Of a DNA stretch of 64,000 nt, positions 12,360 to 25,300 are shown piece by piece. Source of the DNA: Phoronis australis (Eukaryota > Animalia > Phoronida); the NCBI GenBank assembly GCA_002633005.1, contig NMRA01000404.1, positions 147,394 to 211,393 on the forward strand, read 5' to 3'. Below the pieces are notes generated by a model. That model worked only from the letters and a program-made list of their open reading frames with translations. It was not told the DNA's origin and ran no database searches. Position 1 is the stretch's first letter; every line of letters begins with the position of its first letter. The position numbers and the translations under genes are program-made.

Positions 12360-14156
12360 GTTACCCCCCCCCACCCCCTCCCCCTCACGCTCGAACCATT
12401 TGTCGTCTTCAGGCGAATAAATTTCTTTGCTGGCACCCCAACCAATGCTGTTCCTTTCCAGTAAAAGGTATTCAACGCCCTCTCACGCCGTTCGGGAGCC
12501 ACTTAATTGGCATGACCTGGTATAAAACATCTATGCACACTATCCAACTAGGATAAGTCTCTGAGGTAAAAGACATCCCATCAGTTCTCGAATTAGTTTT
12601 AAACAGCATCACAACCATCTTTTACTTATGAAAATGACAACAAATCAAAAACGGTCATGTATTGACAATGTTTGTTGAGAAGACATGCAGTAAACGCGAT
12701 TGAATTCACTTTGTGATCAACAGTACGTGTTATTTGTTTTCATCAGTTACATCCAACTTTCAAGTTTCAACAGGGTCGCGAGAACTGGGCAGCATCACGC
12801 CATGCAACACAGAGTGTACTAGGAACCTGAGAACAGCACCCTTTAGTTTCAAAACATGACCCCACTATTAAAATGGACCCAATAAAGTGAACCTTGACGT
12901 TTGGCCTGTTTTTCCAGCTCTCTAAATGAAATTTTGTTGAAACATCGTTACTCAAATTTCAGAGTGTTGCCTCCCCGGGGTAGGTCCCCATCTAAGGCGG
13001 GCAGGGGGTGCAACTGACGACGACCGGAGGGTTGGACCAGGGGGCAAAAGTTTGGCAGTCTAACTGGTTTGAAACCCCCTCCCAATAATTTTACCTTTCT
13101 GCGGGCCTGAGTTTCAGCGATAAGACGGAAAAGAATATGAATTACTCATTTTAAATTGACAACAGAGCGGATAGTTTTCAAAAGAAACGTAATAAAATAT
13201 CAAGAGTATTGTATTTTTTATAATTCCGTTCGAAGTTAATAACTTCAAAAATCTATCACATCCAGAAATATTCTCAGACGGCCTTAAAACGGACAATGCT
13301 TCGTTTATGACAGGCACTAGCTTGTTTACCAACTATGTGTTTAGTTGCTAGTAAATATAGTTCAGTAGAGTCCTTACCTTTTAAGTCCTACAACACTGAC
13401 GTAAAACAGCGTGATCCAAGAGTTACTGTGGAGCCTTCAGTCGTATCGCACGATGAATGGTCATAAAGTCTTACTCCGGGAGTAGGTCTTAATCTTATGC
13501 AAAAACGATAACAAACTTAATCCAATTCCTGCTAAATCCGGGATAACGGTAAATTCTCGCTGTTAATGACGGGATTGTTTCTGAGAAACTGTTAACGACT
13601 GCGCATTAGGTTTCTAACTAGAACAACTAAACACACGAATTAATTTGACTAATAATTCAGCTCAATTGAACTTTCAAGCCATTATAAATTGCGAAATAGC
13701 TGAAATCCGACAGACACGTTCAATTTGTCGCATCTTGTTTGCGTGACAACGGTTTGCTACCTACCCCATCCTCTGACAATTTCAAAATCCACGCAATATT
13801 TTAAGACAGTAGAACCTGCTTTGGTGACTTATGGCAGATTAGTACCTCACATGAACGATATGTCACAAAGCGAGTCACGTGGCTCCGAGTTATATTCACG
13901 GTGAGACCCGGACTACTTGCATTCATTTTCATTCTGGGCTCAACTAATCACTAATCCATAGGGAGTAATAAAGCAATTATCTTCTCAGCCAGGACCATAA
14001 ACACTTCATTAATCTGTGTTTAGTTATTTTTCGAGAACGTTTCCTAACAGAATTTTGACCTTGAGAATTGTTCCAACAACTTGGTTTATCAACATTTAAA
14101 TAATAAAGAAAAACAAAGAAACAACATTACAGATCTTCATTCAACAGTTTGACAAC

Positions 14157-14162
14157 TTTATT
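14157..14162 (-). terminator. Candidate CACHD1 polyadenylation signal (AATAAA on the minus strand), implying a ~2.2-kb 3' UTR
   Basis: TTTATT on + at 14157-14162, followed on the minus strand by U/GU-rich sequence. Composition shifts from the T-rich (minus) UTR-like tract to intergenic sequence here. Confidence 0.4.
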
Positions 14163-15439
14163 TTTTAATCATCATAAACTAATACACATCTCTAAAAACT
14201 ATATTTCTATAGCATATTTCTAAATAAACATGAGGTATAAACAAAAACTATAAAATACTAGTTACACTTTTCACAAGAACACATCTTATATTACAAAAGC
14301 TTGGAGTGCTCAGTGACACTCACATAACACACAACAGGTGGCGTGTTCTTAAGGGCTGTCATACATGCTACCTTGGCCAGTGCATGCAGTAAGACAGAAA
14401 CACCCTTTGATAAAACATGGTTGAATGTACAAGATAACACGAACACGGCCACCGAAAAATTTTATGAAATTAAACATCTAAATTGTCATAGACAAAACCT
14501 GTTTGCCACTCTTAAATGGCCTTGGTTAGAAAACTAGGGGGCATCTCCTGGTTCACAAAATGGGCAGATATAGAACAAGTTTATACTGGTCCATTACAGA
14601 AACACAAGAATGGATGATCAGGGGTCTGCCCATCTGTATCCGCTTCTATGAAAAATACCTTTTGCATAAAGTTTGAAAAAACCCACAAAGACTGGATTTT
14701 GTTCTGTCACAAAATACAACCCTGATGCAATACCATTTCAGGGACAAACCTGACTTAACTTGCATGTGTAGCTACATGACCATCCAAAGACACTGTCACC
14801 CAAGACGAAATATGACATTTGATATGCAGCAAACAACCGTTGGTCCAACAATTGCTTGTATCACATATGTCTAAAGGTAAAATGAATACACTGGACTAGC
14901 ATTTTGAACAAACCCATAATTTAGATTAAATACACAAATTGTGTAAATTGAAATAAAGAATGCAAAACTGAAAATTACAAGAATACAAAGAAATACAACT
15001 CTTAGATATGAGCAGATTTAAATGAACTAGCGCACATTATTTTTGACCCACAAATAGACCAAACAACATAATACTTCCATGATAACTTTTATCAAACCCT
15101 AAATGACATTCAACCCAACTTTAATACAAACATTCTCACCATTCTCTCACTCCTCCCTTATAAAATCACGTTTTCATTAAAAACTGACATTTAAAATATT
15201 TGGTGGTATCTAAACTTTCATATTTACAAATATACACATAGATAAAGCACCATCATATCAACTATACATCATTGAACAGCTTTCCCACCACAGTAACCAC
15301 AGTCTATAAAGCTGTGTAACACTGATTAATAACAATGGCTAGAGTTCAAAGGTCGCCTTTAAAGCTAAGTAACTGACATTACCATTGCAGTTTCACTCAC
15401 TTCAGACTATTTAAAGATACAGGGCTAAATGAGGCTAAT

Positions 15440-15626
15440 GCCCTTAGGTGAACATCTCAGTGAATATCTTAGAATGGCCTTATGTGAACATCGCGCAGTG
15501 AATATTTTATGACGCCTTTATGTGAACATCTCACTTTGAACAACTTACAATGCCTATATGAGAACATCTCACTTTAAACACCTTACAATGCGTTTATGTG
15601 AACATCTTACAGTGAACATCTTACAA
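15440..15626. repeat. Degenerate ~38-bp x 5 repeat in the presumed CACHD1 3' UTR
   Basis: gccttatgtgaacatctca..gtgaa.atcttacaat units. Confidence 0.75.
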
Positions 15627-16332
15627 CAACCAACAAAGATGTTCACAAAATCAACACAAACACTGAGTTTGGAAAACATGTTTAATTCACACAAAGTTTC
15701 AAATGCTTTGCTAGAGATTTTTGCACTTCCAAAATTGCATTTTGTAAATTTTTAAAATCAGAACAGAACGGCACCCACCTAACTTCCAGCTGAGGTAGAT
15801 TCTATGATAAGCTTACCACAATATCATGTCTACACCACTAACCACACCAGTATGCACCTAATGAAAACATCAACAAAAGACAACTTTTGGAAAACATTTC
15901 CCAGAATGCAACTTCAACTATTGTACACCTACAGACAAGAAAACAAACTTTTAGAAAACAGTGTCCTGCTTTCCAACTGTACAAAGTATGCCAATCCATT
16001 TAAATGAAAAGAAATATGTACATGTATGATAGCAGTCATTATTGTATTTTTGTATATACGCTCTTTCACACATTACACTCACTGTTTTGTATTGTATATT
16101 TGTATCTGATTAAATAAAAGTTTTCTCTCTCTCTAATTGGTAATGAGTAAACATGGACAAATAAGCATTTTCGTGGAGATTAGAAAAAACAAAAAAACAG
16201 TAATGGTGGACGGAAACTTGTTGAAAACGTAACAAATGAGCTTTTAATTAGTTATGACACTGCATCTGTGTGGACAGGGTGTAGAAACAAAGCATAATTA
16301 AGGGTGAAAAAGCCACACCCAGGCACACAAGA

Positions 16333-19300
16333 CTAGCGTGTATCCACCATGTGAACTTGAGCAGTGGCCAGGATATGATTGCAATCTGGGACAGCTGTTT
16401 GAGGACTCAGTAGTCCCACGTGTTCGGGTATTGTGCTGTGGTGAGACGATAACTTAGTCAGCTGTGGTGGGGTCGGACTGCGACTCCGCCTATGGTGCCC
16501 AGGGGGTGGGGGAAGGGCGAACGGTTTCTGTGGTGAGTACTGACTGGATGAGGGTCGGTAGCGGTCCTTGGCGATGGTGATGGGTTCCATACATGATGTA
16601 CTAGCCTGTTCACTATCCTCGTGAGGCGTCATCGTACTATAGCCATGGTCACTATCGCCCCCTGTGGGACGGCGGTAAGTAGTGTTCATTCTATACGGTG
16701 AGATGGCAGCAGCAGTCTCAAATGTGGCCAGTACAATGGTGTTTGTGTGACCTGCCAACAGATATCAAACACACGTTAACACAGAACTAAACGCAAGAAA
16801 CGTATAATTAATACATTGTCAGTCATGTGACAACCACAGGAACTAAATATACAAAAAGAATACAACAGGACCTCAACACATTTTAGTCAAAAATTTCATT
16901 TTTAATCTGAAAAACTTTTGCAAAACATTGGTTTAAAGTGCTATGTAGCCAAATTCCGTAATAAAATAACACCTGATGTAGAACCCATGCCACTTGTAAC
17001 TGGACGCCATGTATTCCCCACTCGGATAAGAAACAATTTCTGGGTTTGAAAAGATCTGAAAGTCTATTACTACTTGAGACCACGTTCAACACATCAAAAT
17101 GACCGATGGGGGTCAAGATGACCGGTGGGATCAAGACAACATTTTGACCTCAGTCTGCAGCAATATTGAATTCTAACCACTTCTCATTTGAGTAGAAAAC
17201 AATTTGAGATCAATATTGCAATCAATATTGCAATCAATATTGCAATCGAACTAAATCAAAAGTGATCATGTCAACAGAAGGTATGTCTCCAGCAACTTAA
17301 ACCCTCAACAGAAGGTATGTCTCGAGCAACTTAACCCCTCACCAGGTTCTTCTGCTGTATCAATCTCCTCCAACTCATTGTCCAGTCGCCGCAGGACACC
17401 ATTGTTCTCATTAGATGCCGTAACATAGTGGTGATTACGCCGGTGCACTTGATGACGGTAACAATAGATGCCTAGCGCCACCATCAAGAAACAACCCATG
17501 ATGGCTCCTGCCACAGGGCCCACCGGCGCACCCTTCAGGGACTCCTCCTTTGCCACTGTGGGTACAACAGTTGTCACTGAAGAAGAAATGGGTTTAATGA
17601 GTGTATGTAGCGAACTTAAAATAAGTCTAGACTTCAGCTGCTGCCATTTTGCTGTGTTGAGGTAATAAGGTATCAAACATACTCAAAAAATGCCCGCTTC
17701 ACCTAATTTTGCTTGGTATTGTATCTTCTCACAGTTCTCCCATCCTTGCACTACGGAAAGCACTTACAAACGTATGAATTTGAACTGGCAACATATTTAC
17801 AACCTTAACAACTTTAGGCAATAACTACATGAATCATTTCTGAAGTTGTCTCCCATGCTGTCTGTCAAAGCACCTACCTGTTACCTCATCTTTATAAGGA
17901 GACTTGGCTCCCAACACTCCACCAAAACACTTCCTCTGTGTTGTACAATGGGGAACCTTCAACGTTGTACTCTCATTACCCAGCTGACACCACTCACAGT
18001 CAATGACACCAAAACAGTCGTCTCTTGTTAGGCGCTGTTCACACTTAGGATCATAACACTGTTCCAGGTGTTCAGTTACACTAGGGTCAACATCAGCCAG
18101 TCTGTACTGTTCAGAAGGTCGTGGGCAGCTGGGGTTGACATCATCCTTGTCGTAGAGGTCACCGGAGCAGTAGTTCATCTTAAGTGGACACTCACAAGGA
18201 CACTCGCACTCTGCCTGTTCCATGCGGTTACAGTTAAGACATAGTCGGTCCACCTGGTCCAACAAAATAACCAAATATCAGTGTCATTTTGAGCTTTTCA
18301 CATGTTCTAATGTATCACCACGGTTACACAATATAGAAAGCACAGGCTAATTAACGAGACACTAAAAGTGTTCACTTTAAACAAATTTATCCTGGAGAGT
18401 TTCTATAGAACTCACACTGCCAAAAATGCTTAAAGAAGGCTCATGACTTACCATGCTACAGGGGCAGAAGGCTCATGTCTTACCTTGCTACAGGGGCAAA
18501 AGGCTCATGACTTACCATGCTACAGGGACAGAAAGCTCGCCTCATGCTACACGTTTCATTCACCAGTCCCAGAAAGGCGTTGGTGCCAGGGATCGCTGTA
18601 ACCAGGTAACGGGCACAGTGTTCACCATGCTTCAAGTTTGTAAGGACACCTGTCAGGCTCATGTTGAACTACAATGAAAGTGAAGCGGAATCCAATTGAA
18701 GCTGGCAGATAGCATATTCACAGTTAGAAGGAGCAAGACGAATACCATATTTTGAATTCCATTATGGGGCTGTACAACATTTTTTGTTCACCAAGTTGAA
18801 TCTGTGAGTGAACTTGAGACTAGACTCAAGAAGATAGAACATCACTTTACCCACAATGCACATCACTTTACTCTAAGGAAGTGTCAGTTCTTCTCAACAT
18901 CAGAAATGCTTCAAATCTGAGTAAAGAATAAGTCGAGTCTAGTTTTACAACAGTACAAACCTATTACCAGCTTTTAACACAAACATACTTATTACGTCCA
19001 GCAAAGTATTCAGACAAGCACAGAGTCCTAATCCCACCAGCCAACAGATACGTACAAGACAATGACTGACCAGAGTACATACTTGACTACATACCTGGTA
19101 ATATCTCTGAATGGTGCGGAAGTTGTAACTATTACAGCGTCTCTTCTGTACAAAATAGTCATGGTTAAGTATGTCACTAGCCACAAGAGGCTCCTTGTGG
19201 GTAATATGCTGCAGTTCTACGGGCCCTGTACCCTCGGGGGACACCAACAGTGGGTGAGCTACCAGGTAACCTTTGTCATCCACGATGAAACACCTGCAAG

Positions 19301-22300
19301 TATAAGGAGGTAATACAGTGACGAAAGAGGTTATTGATGGGGATCAAGGGAAAGGGGGTGGATTAGGGGGGAGAAGGGGAAGAGTCAAGGAAGAGAGGAG
19401 AGGAACCCACTGAGAGAGGGATGGGGCAACCAAGACCGAGAGAGGGAGCCTATAGGAGGAACCATAGAGGAGAGGAAGACTAAAGGGGGAGGGCAAGAAA
19501 GAAGGAAATTGAGGGAAACAAGACGATGAAATGAAGGAGCACGAAGAAGACCTGAGGAAGAGGCTACAGGGGCAGAAGGCTCATGACTTACCATGCTACA
19601 GGGGCAGAAGGCTCATGACTTACCACGCTACAGGGGCAGAAGGCTCATGACTTACCATGCTACAGGGGCAGAAGGCTCATGACTTACCATGCTACAGGGG
19701 CAGAAAGCTACACGTTTCATTCACCAGTGAGGAAAGTGGGTGTAGGGTGGACAGGGAAGGAGGGACGGGACAGGGACAGAACAAGGGAGATATATGAGTG
19801 GACATACAGGAAGACACGACGGAGCAGGGAGGGAGATTTCCTACCAACTATGTGGCGTAAACAGAGAATTGAGGAATGATACAAATTAAATCCTTTATTT
19901 CAAAAGCAGTATAACCTCATTTCTACACACTGTAACAAATACTCATACCTGATGCCCTTAGCAGTGCACACAGGCATCTGATCTATCAACAGTTTGTACA
20001 TATATCTGACCGTCATGTCCAGCCCCATCACACTGACCACCCGATCTACAGTCTGGTGAGGGTTGCCTGACCTGCAACAGTCAACGTTAGAGACCATCAT
20101 ATCATAACAACTCAACATGTCTACCTGACATGACAACAATCTCAAAACAAACTTATAACAAGTACATAAGTTGTATTGTCAATAATGCAGTTTGGAGTCA
20201 ATTTGCAGAGGGTTCATGTAGAGGGGTTCACATTAGCTGCAGCCTCACTTCCTGATATCACGATGAGGAAAATTAAAGCTCAATACTTTAAATTGCTTCA
20301 AAAATCAGTTCCTTAAAAATATTACAAAACAATGAACAGCTTAAATATTGTCACAGTTCTTTGTCTGACACACCCTTGCAGTTATTGTGTTTCAGTTTTG
20401 ATCTCCTGACATACTTCTGCACAATGACCAGCGGTCAATATATCTCACCTTCCTTCATAGATTGTCCGACTCAGGGTAACAATATACCCTGCTCCTGCTA
20501 CATCCAAATAAGGAGCTGTGAGAGTCACATGACCCTTGTGCTCAAGAGCTCGTTCATACCTGTAACATAAACAAATTAAATGTGGTTTGACCACGACTTT
20601 GTGAGCATGTTCTGAGCTAATTACCACAGAGACTGAGCATGTATGAAATAATTCAATCTCAGATTGATATAATGCAGGTCAGAAGAAGTAATTCAAGTTC
20701 TTAAATGAGTCACTACTTCTAGTTTTCCATGACAACACAGGGTGGCGCACAAAGGTATCTGAGGACATTTCCTTCCACTTTGAAGAGGCAGATTTTCTTG
20801 CAAACAAAGAAAAAGAAACAAGATTGTTTTTCATACAGTCTTTTTGATGGAAAGATTGTCATGAGATTTTTGTACATTAAATGAATATAATGAGAATAAT
20901 TATACAGCACAAGTCACAAACTTTTGTCTGACGGTCAAGTCGACTCTGCCTAAATAAGCTACGGTATGAGGTCATCACTTGGGCTGGAAATCACGATAAG
21001 CAGCAGATTATCACAGCATGCAGAGGTGTACATTACAGCGCAAGCCATGCAACAAAGCAATGCTTCATTATTACAGTCAAGTTAATGAACATCAAAAAAC
21101 ACACGACGTGGCATGACAACAGATGGCTCTGCAGTCGGCTGGTAGTCTGCCAAAATTAGGAAAATAGTCTGCTATATTTCCGATCGGGGACTGGTCAGAC
21201 AACTATTTGTGTCCTATGGTGATGACACAAGAGACATGTGTTCCACATGGACTGAAACTCGTGCAAGAAACTATGGTTTATTGAACGGAAATGACATCTT
21301 TTCTCCCATAATTCAGCATTCCAGTCTCGCCGACCAATCATTTGACTGGCAGCCACTTCACCACTAGCAAAATTCTGCGTGATCTGACCAAATTCCAAGA
21401 AAATTGTTCACAAAATGAACCCAAGTTTTAATTCATTGCTTTGACAATAGCCTTACCACATCTGTTTTGTTGGATCATATGACTTGGCCATGAGTGCACC
21501 AGGGAAGGTACTGAAGACCCCACTAGGTGTAGCCACGTAACGGCGCACTATATAATCATTGTAGTCATACTGATGATACGTTCGCAGCCAATGACTGTTG
21601 ATACGTGACAGGGCAGAGACATCATTCTTGATGTTGTCCTAAAACACAATGATCATAAGTGACACGTGGGAGAAGGATCACCAGATAGAACAGCTAGGGT
21701 ATGGGGAGAAGGATCACCAGATAGAACAGCTTAGACCAGCTAGAGATGTGACCGGTTGTAACAAGAATGTTCTCCACCTTGTATTGAGGCATTACACTTA
21801 GTATTGAGGCATTACACTTAGTATTGAGGCATTACACTAAGTATTGAGGTATTACACTTAGTATTGAGGTATTACACTTAGTATTGAGGCATTACACTTA
21901 GTATTGAGGCATTACACTTAGTATTGAGGCACTACACTTAGTATTGAGGCATTACACTTAGTATTGAGGCATTACACTTAGTATTGAGGCATTACACTTA
22001 GTATTGGGGTATTACACTTAGTATTGAGGTATTACACTTAGTATTGAGGCATTACACTAAGTATTGAGGCATTACACTTAGTATTGAGGCATCACACTTA
22101 GTACTGAGGCATTACACTTAGTATTGAGGCATCACACTTAGTACTGAGACATTACACTTAGTATTGAGGCATTGCACTTAGTATTGAGGCATTACACTTA
22201 GTCCTGGCAGCGATGTAGACTCTCTTGACACAGCTGTTCCAGTTAATATTAAACTAGAGAATGACTTTATATGAACAATAGAACACTTTCAATTGCATAG

Positions 22301-25300
22301 GACCTGTAACGGCTCTTCCAGTCACTTTGCAGTGGAGGTGAGACTGCTGGGTATTCTCTTACCACAAGTTTGTCAGTTAATTTGAAGATAGCAGCAGATA
22401 AGGATGAACCAGAACAGTAATGAACCGTAAAATGATCAAACTATTTAGTATACTTCTGCATACAACCAAGTATTTCACCTCTGTCAATTCATTTCAATCA
22501 TTCTCCCTGAGCATGACTCACTTTCAGATGAGAATAACTAGTCTTGCTGGCACCCTGCAAGAAGGCCATGTTCTTTGTAATCCCCCTGTCAGTCTCTGGC
22601 TGTGTCAGGTGTTCAAAGGGCTCACTGAAGGCACTTGGAGCCAAGTAAATGGTGCTCGAGTCAAAGGTTGCCAGCTGCTTCAGGTGCATACACAGGTGTT
22701 TGGCTGGCACCAAGTCTAGACGGTGATACAACAGGTCTGGCATGGTGGCCACTGGGTGGAGAGAGAGAGTGACATATGATATTGTATTAGAACAGGTCTG
22801 GTATGGTGGCCACTGGGTGGAGAGAGAGAGTGAGATATGATATTGTATTACAACAGGTCTGGTATGGTGGCCACTGGGTGGAGAGAGAGAGTGAGAGATA
22901 TGATATCGTATTACAATAGGTCTGGCATGGTGGCCAGTGGGTGGAGAAAGAATAATGGATATTGAACAAAGGCAACCATTTCTATTCCTAAATATCTAAG
23001 TGACGAACAGCATTACTTTAAAATTTGTGCCTTTGGAGTGTATTCAAGATTTTTACTAGGTCACATTAGCAGAGAAAAATTTAATAATCATGCTGCAGAA
23101 TGAATAAAATTCACGAATACCTTTAAAGCCACATTTCCAAACCGAAACTTTCCAATTCAGTTTCTCTATTACTAATTACAAAAATGAGTCTGAAACTTCT
23201 AGCCAATTCCCTTAGCCTGAAATTTCACTTGCACGCCATATTGTGGGTGTGATTAATTACCATAGTAGCCAAATCAAAAACTTACTGTCCAGCAGTTTCA
23301 TAGTCACTACATAGAGGCACCTAGTCAACCACACGCAATACTCACCATCTACATGGACCAACTCTTTAAACACAGAGTTACTGTCCAGTAGTTTAATGAC
23401 CACTACATAGGGGGAGTTAGGCACCCTCTTCCAGGTGTAGGTGGCATGGAAGATCCTCTTGACTGTGTTTAAGGAGTCATTGTGAGCTATGTTGAGTATT
23501 AGTGTGGCCTGGCCACTGGCTTCACTGAAACCAACAAGTGGAAAGAGAGATTAGGTCAATAACTGACAGACAAACCATTAAGCAAGCCACATTTCTTAGA
23601 CCATACATCCTTAAAATCCCAATATAGTCAATAAGTTTGATAAACGTCAACAAAATAAATTTACACTGGACCTCCAGCAACCTGTCAATTAGAAGACACA
23701 AGTTCTGAACTCGCAACTAGATGTTAAACTCACTGAATTTCCTTACAGTGAAAAACTAGTTTCTGAAATATCCCCCTATACTACTGACTAAGAACCATAA
23801 TCATGGCAAAGGTTATTTATTTAAAAAATCAAAATTCAACCTAGCTTCAATAAAAGTAATTCATATCTAAATAAATATTTTTCAAATAGGAGCTGCCTTG
23901 AAAAATTTGATTATGGACATTCACTTCACAAATATTAATAATACTGTACCTGAGCATTCTATCTCGTATACGCAGAAATCCATCACTGTTTTCAAAGTGA
24001 TGTATGTCTGAGTGCATGGGGTGAACTTTGGTCACAAGAGGGCGCTTCAATGAAGGGTGCATTATGGTATAGCCTGTGGACAGAAAACAATATGAGGCAA
24101 AATTACAAGTCTTTCAGATCAAAAATACACACAAACACAAAACAATTTTATTGAGTTTAATTAAAGACAGTCAAGTAGTCACACAAATGATAATTAGTTT
24201 CTCAGAGAAACCCATCCAACGTATTTGAGTGCAAGACTTATTTCATATTAGCTGCCAAATCTGTCTATATGTTATGTTCAATAAACATACTTTCCTGACT
24301 TACAGAAACGCTACAGAGTTTTAGGTTACATTTTCCCATAAAATATGAAAGTAAGTCTCCACCCACCTTTGTTGTCAATCACGAACGCATAGGCGGAGAC
24401 TTCTTGGCTGAAGTAGGTCACGTCCTGCACGACCTCCGACAAATGGACGTCAACGCCAACCACACCAATGAACTTGTCATCGTCATGGTAACAAGGGAGA
24501 CTCAGACTGATGACTAAGCCTGAAAACGAGTTTTCTTAATAGCAATGCTTATCCTGACAATGCCAGCAATACAAATGATAATTATAATGTCTTGTTGAAC
24601 ATCACAGCAATTCCCTTCTTCAAGTCTTTACTTCACCAAACTGTACTGTTAAAAAGATATGTTTGTTTAGTAAGACAAGAAGTAATAATCTTTAACAACA
24701 CACTCAAGCAATATGACTCAACATAGTATCAATATGACTCAAAATGTTATCAGTATTAGTCAACATAGTATTATGAAATTACCGTTGGCGACAAGGTCAG
24801 AGTGTGGCAACGAGAAGCTTATCTCCTGATGGTCAACTGACCGATTGAACACCTCGTAGAACCTGCCGACAGATGAACTGAGGTCGTGTGTACTATTAAC
24901 GACGACCATTGCGCCCTTTCTGGGAGGTACAGGGTAGGAGGACTCTATCATGTACGTGGCAAAGTTCTGCGCAGCAATGTTGCGAAGGAAGCTCAGTTCA
25001 AACATAATCGGTTTCCAAACTGAAAAGGAAGAGATGACCAAGATATACACAAGTGTAGAAGAGATGACCAAGATATACACAAGTGTAGAAGAGATGACCA
25101 AGATATACACAAGTGTAGAAGAGATGACCAAGATATACACAAGTGTAGAAGCGATGACCAAGATATACACAAGTGTAGAAGAGATGACCAAGATATACGC
25201 AAGTGTAGAAGAGATGACCAAGATATACACAAGTGTAGAATAAGTTGTTGGTTTCAGTAAGTTTCGTATTTAGTGTTTTACAGTTTACTTGACAAGACAC

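Noticed and set aside
24950-25300. Repetitive ORFs ([10 protein letters not shown])n, ([10 protein letters not shown])n, ([10 protein letters not shown])n
   Set aside because: These are translations of the 30-bp intronic minisatellite. The real exon begins at the AG at 25020.
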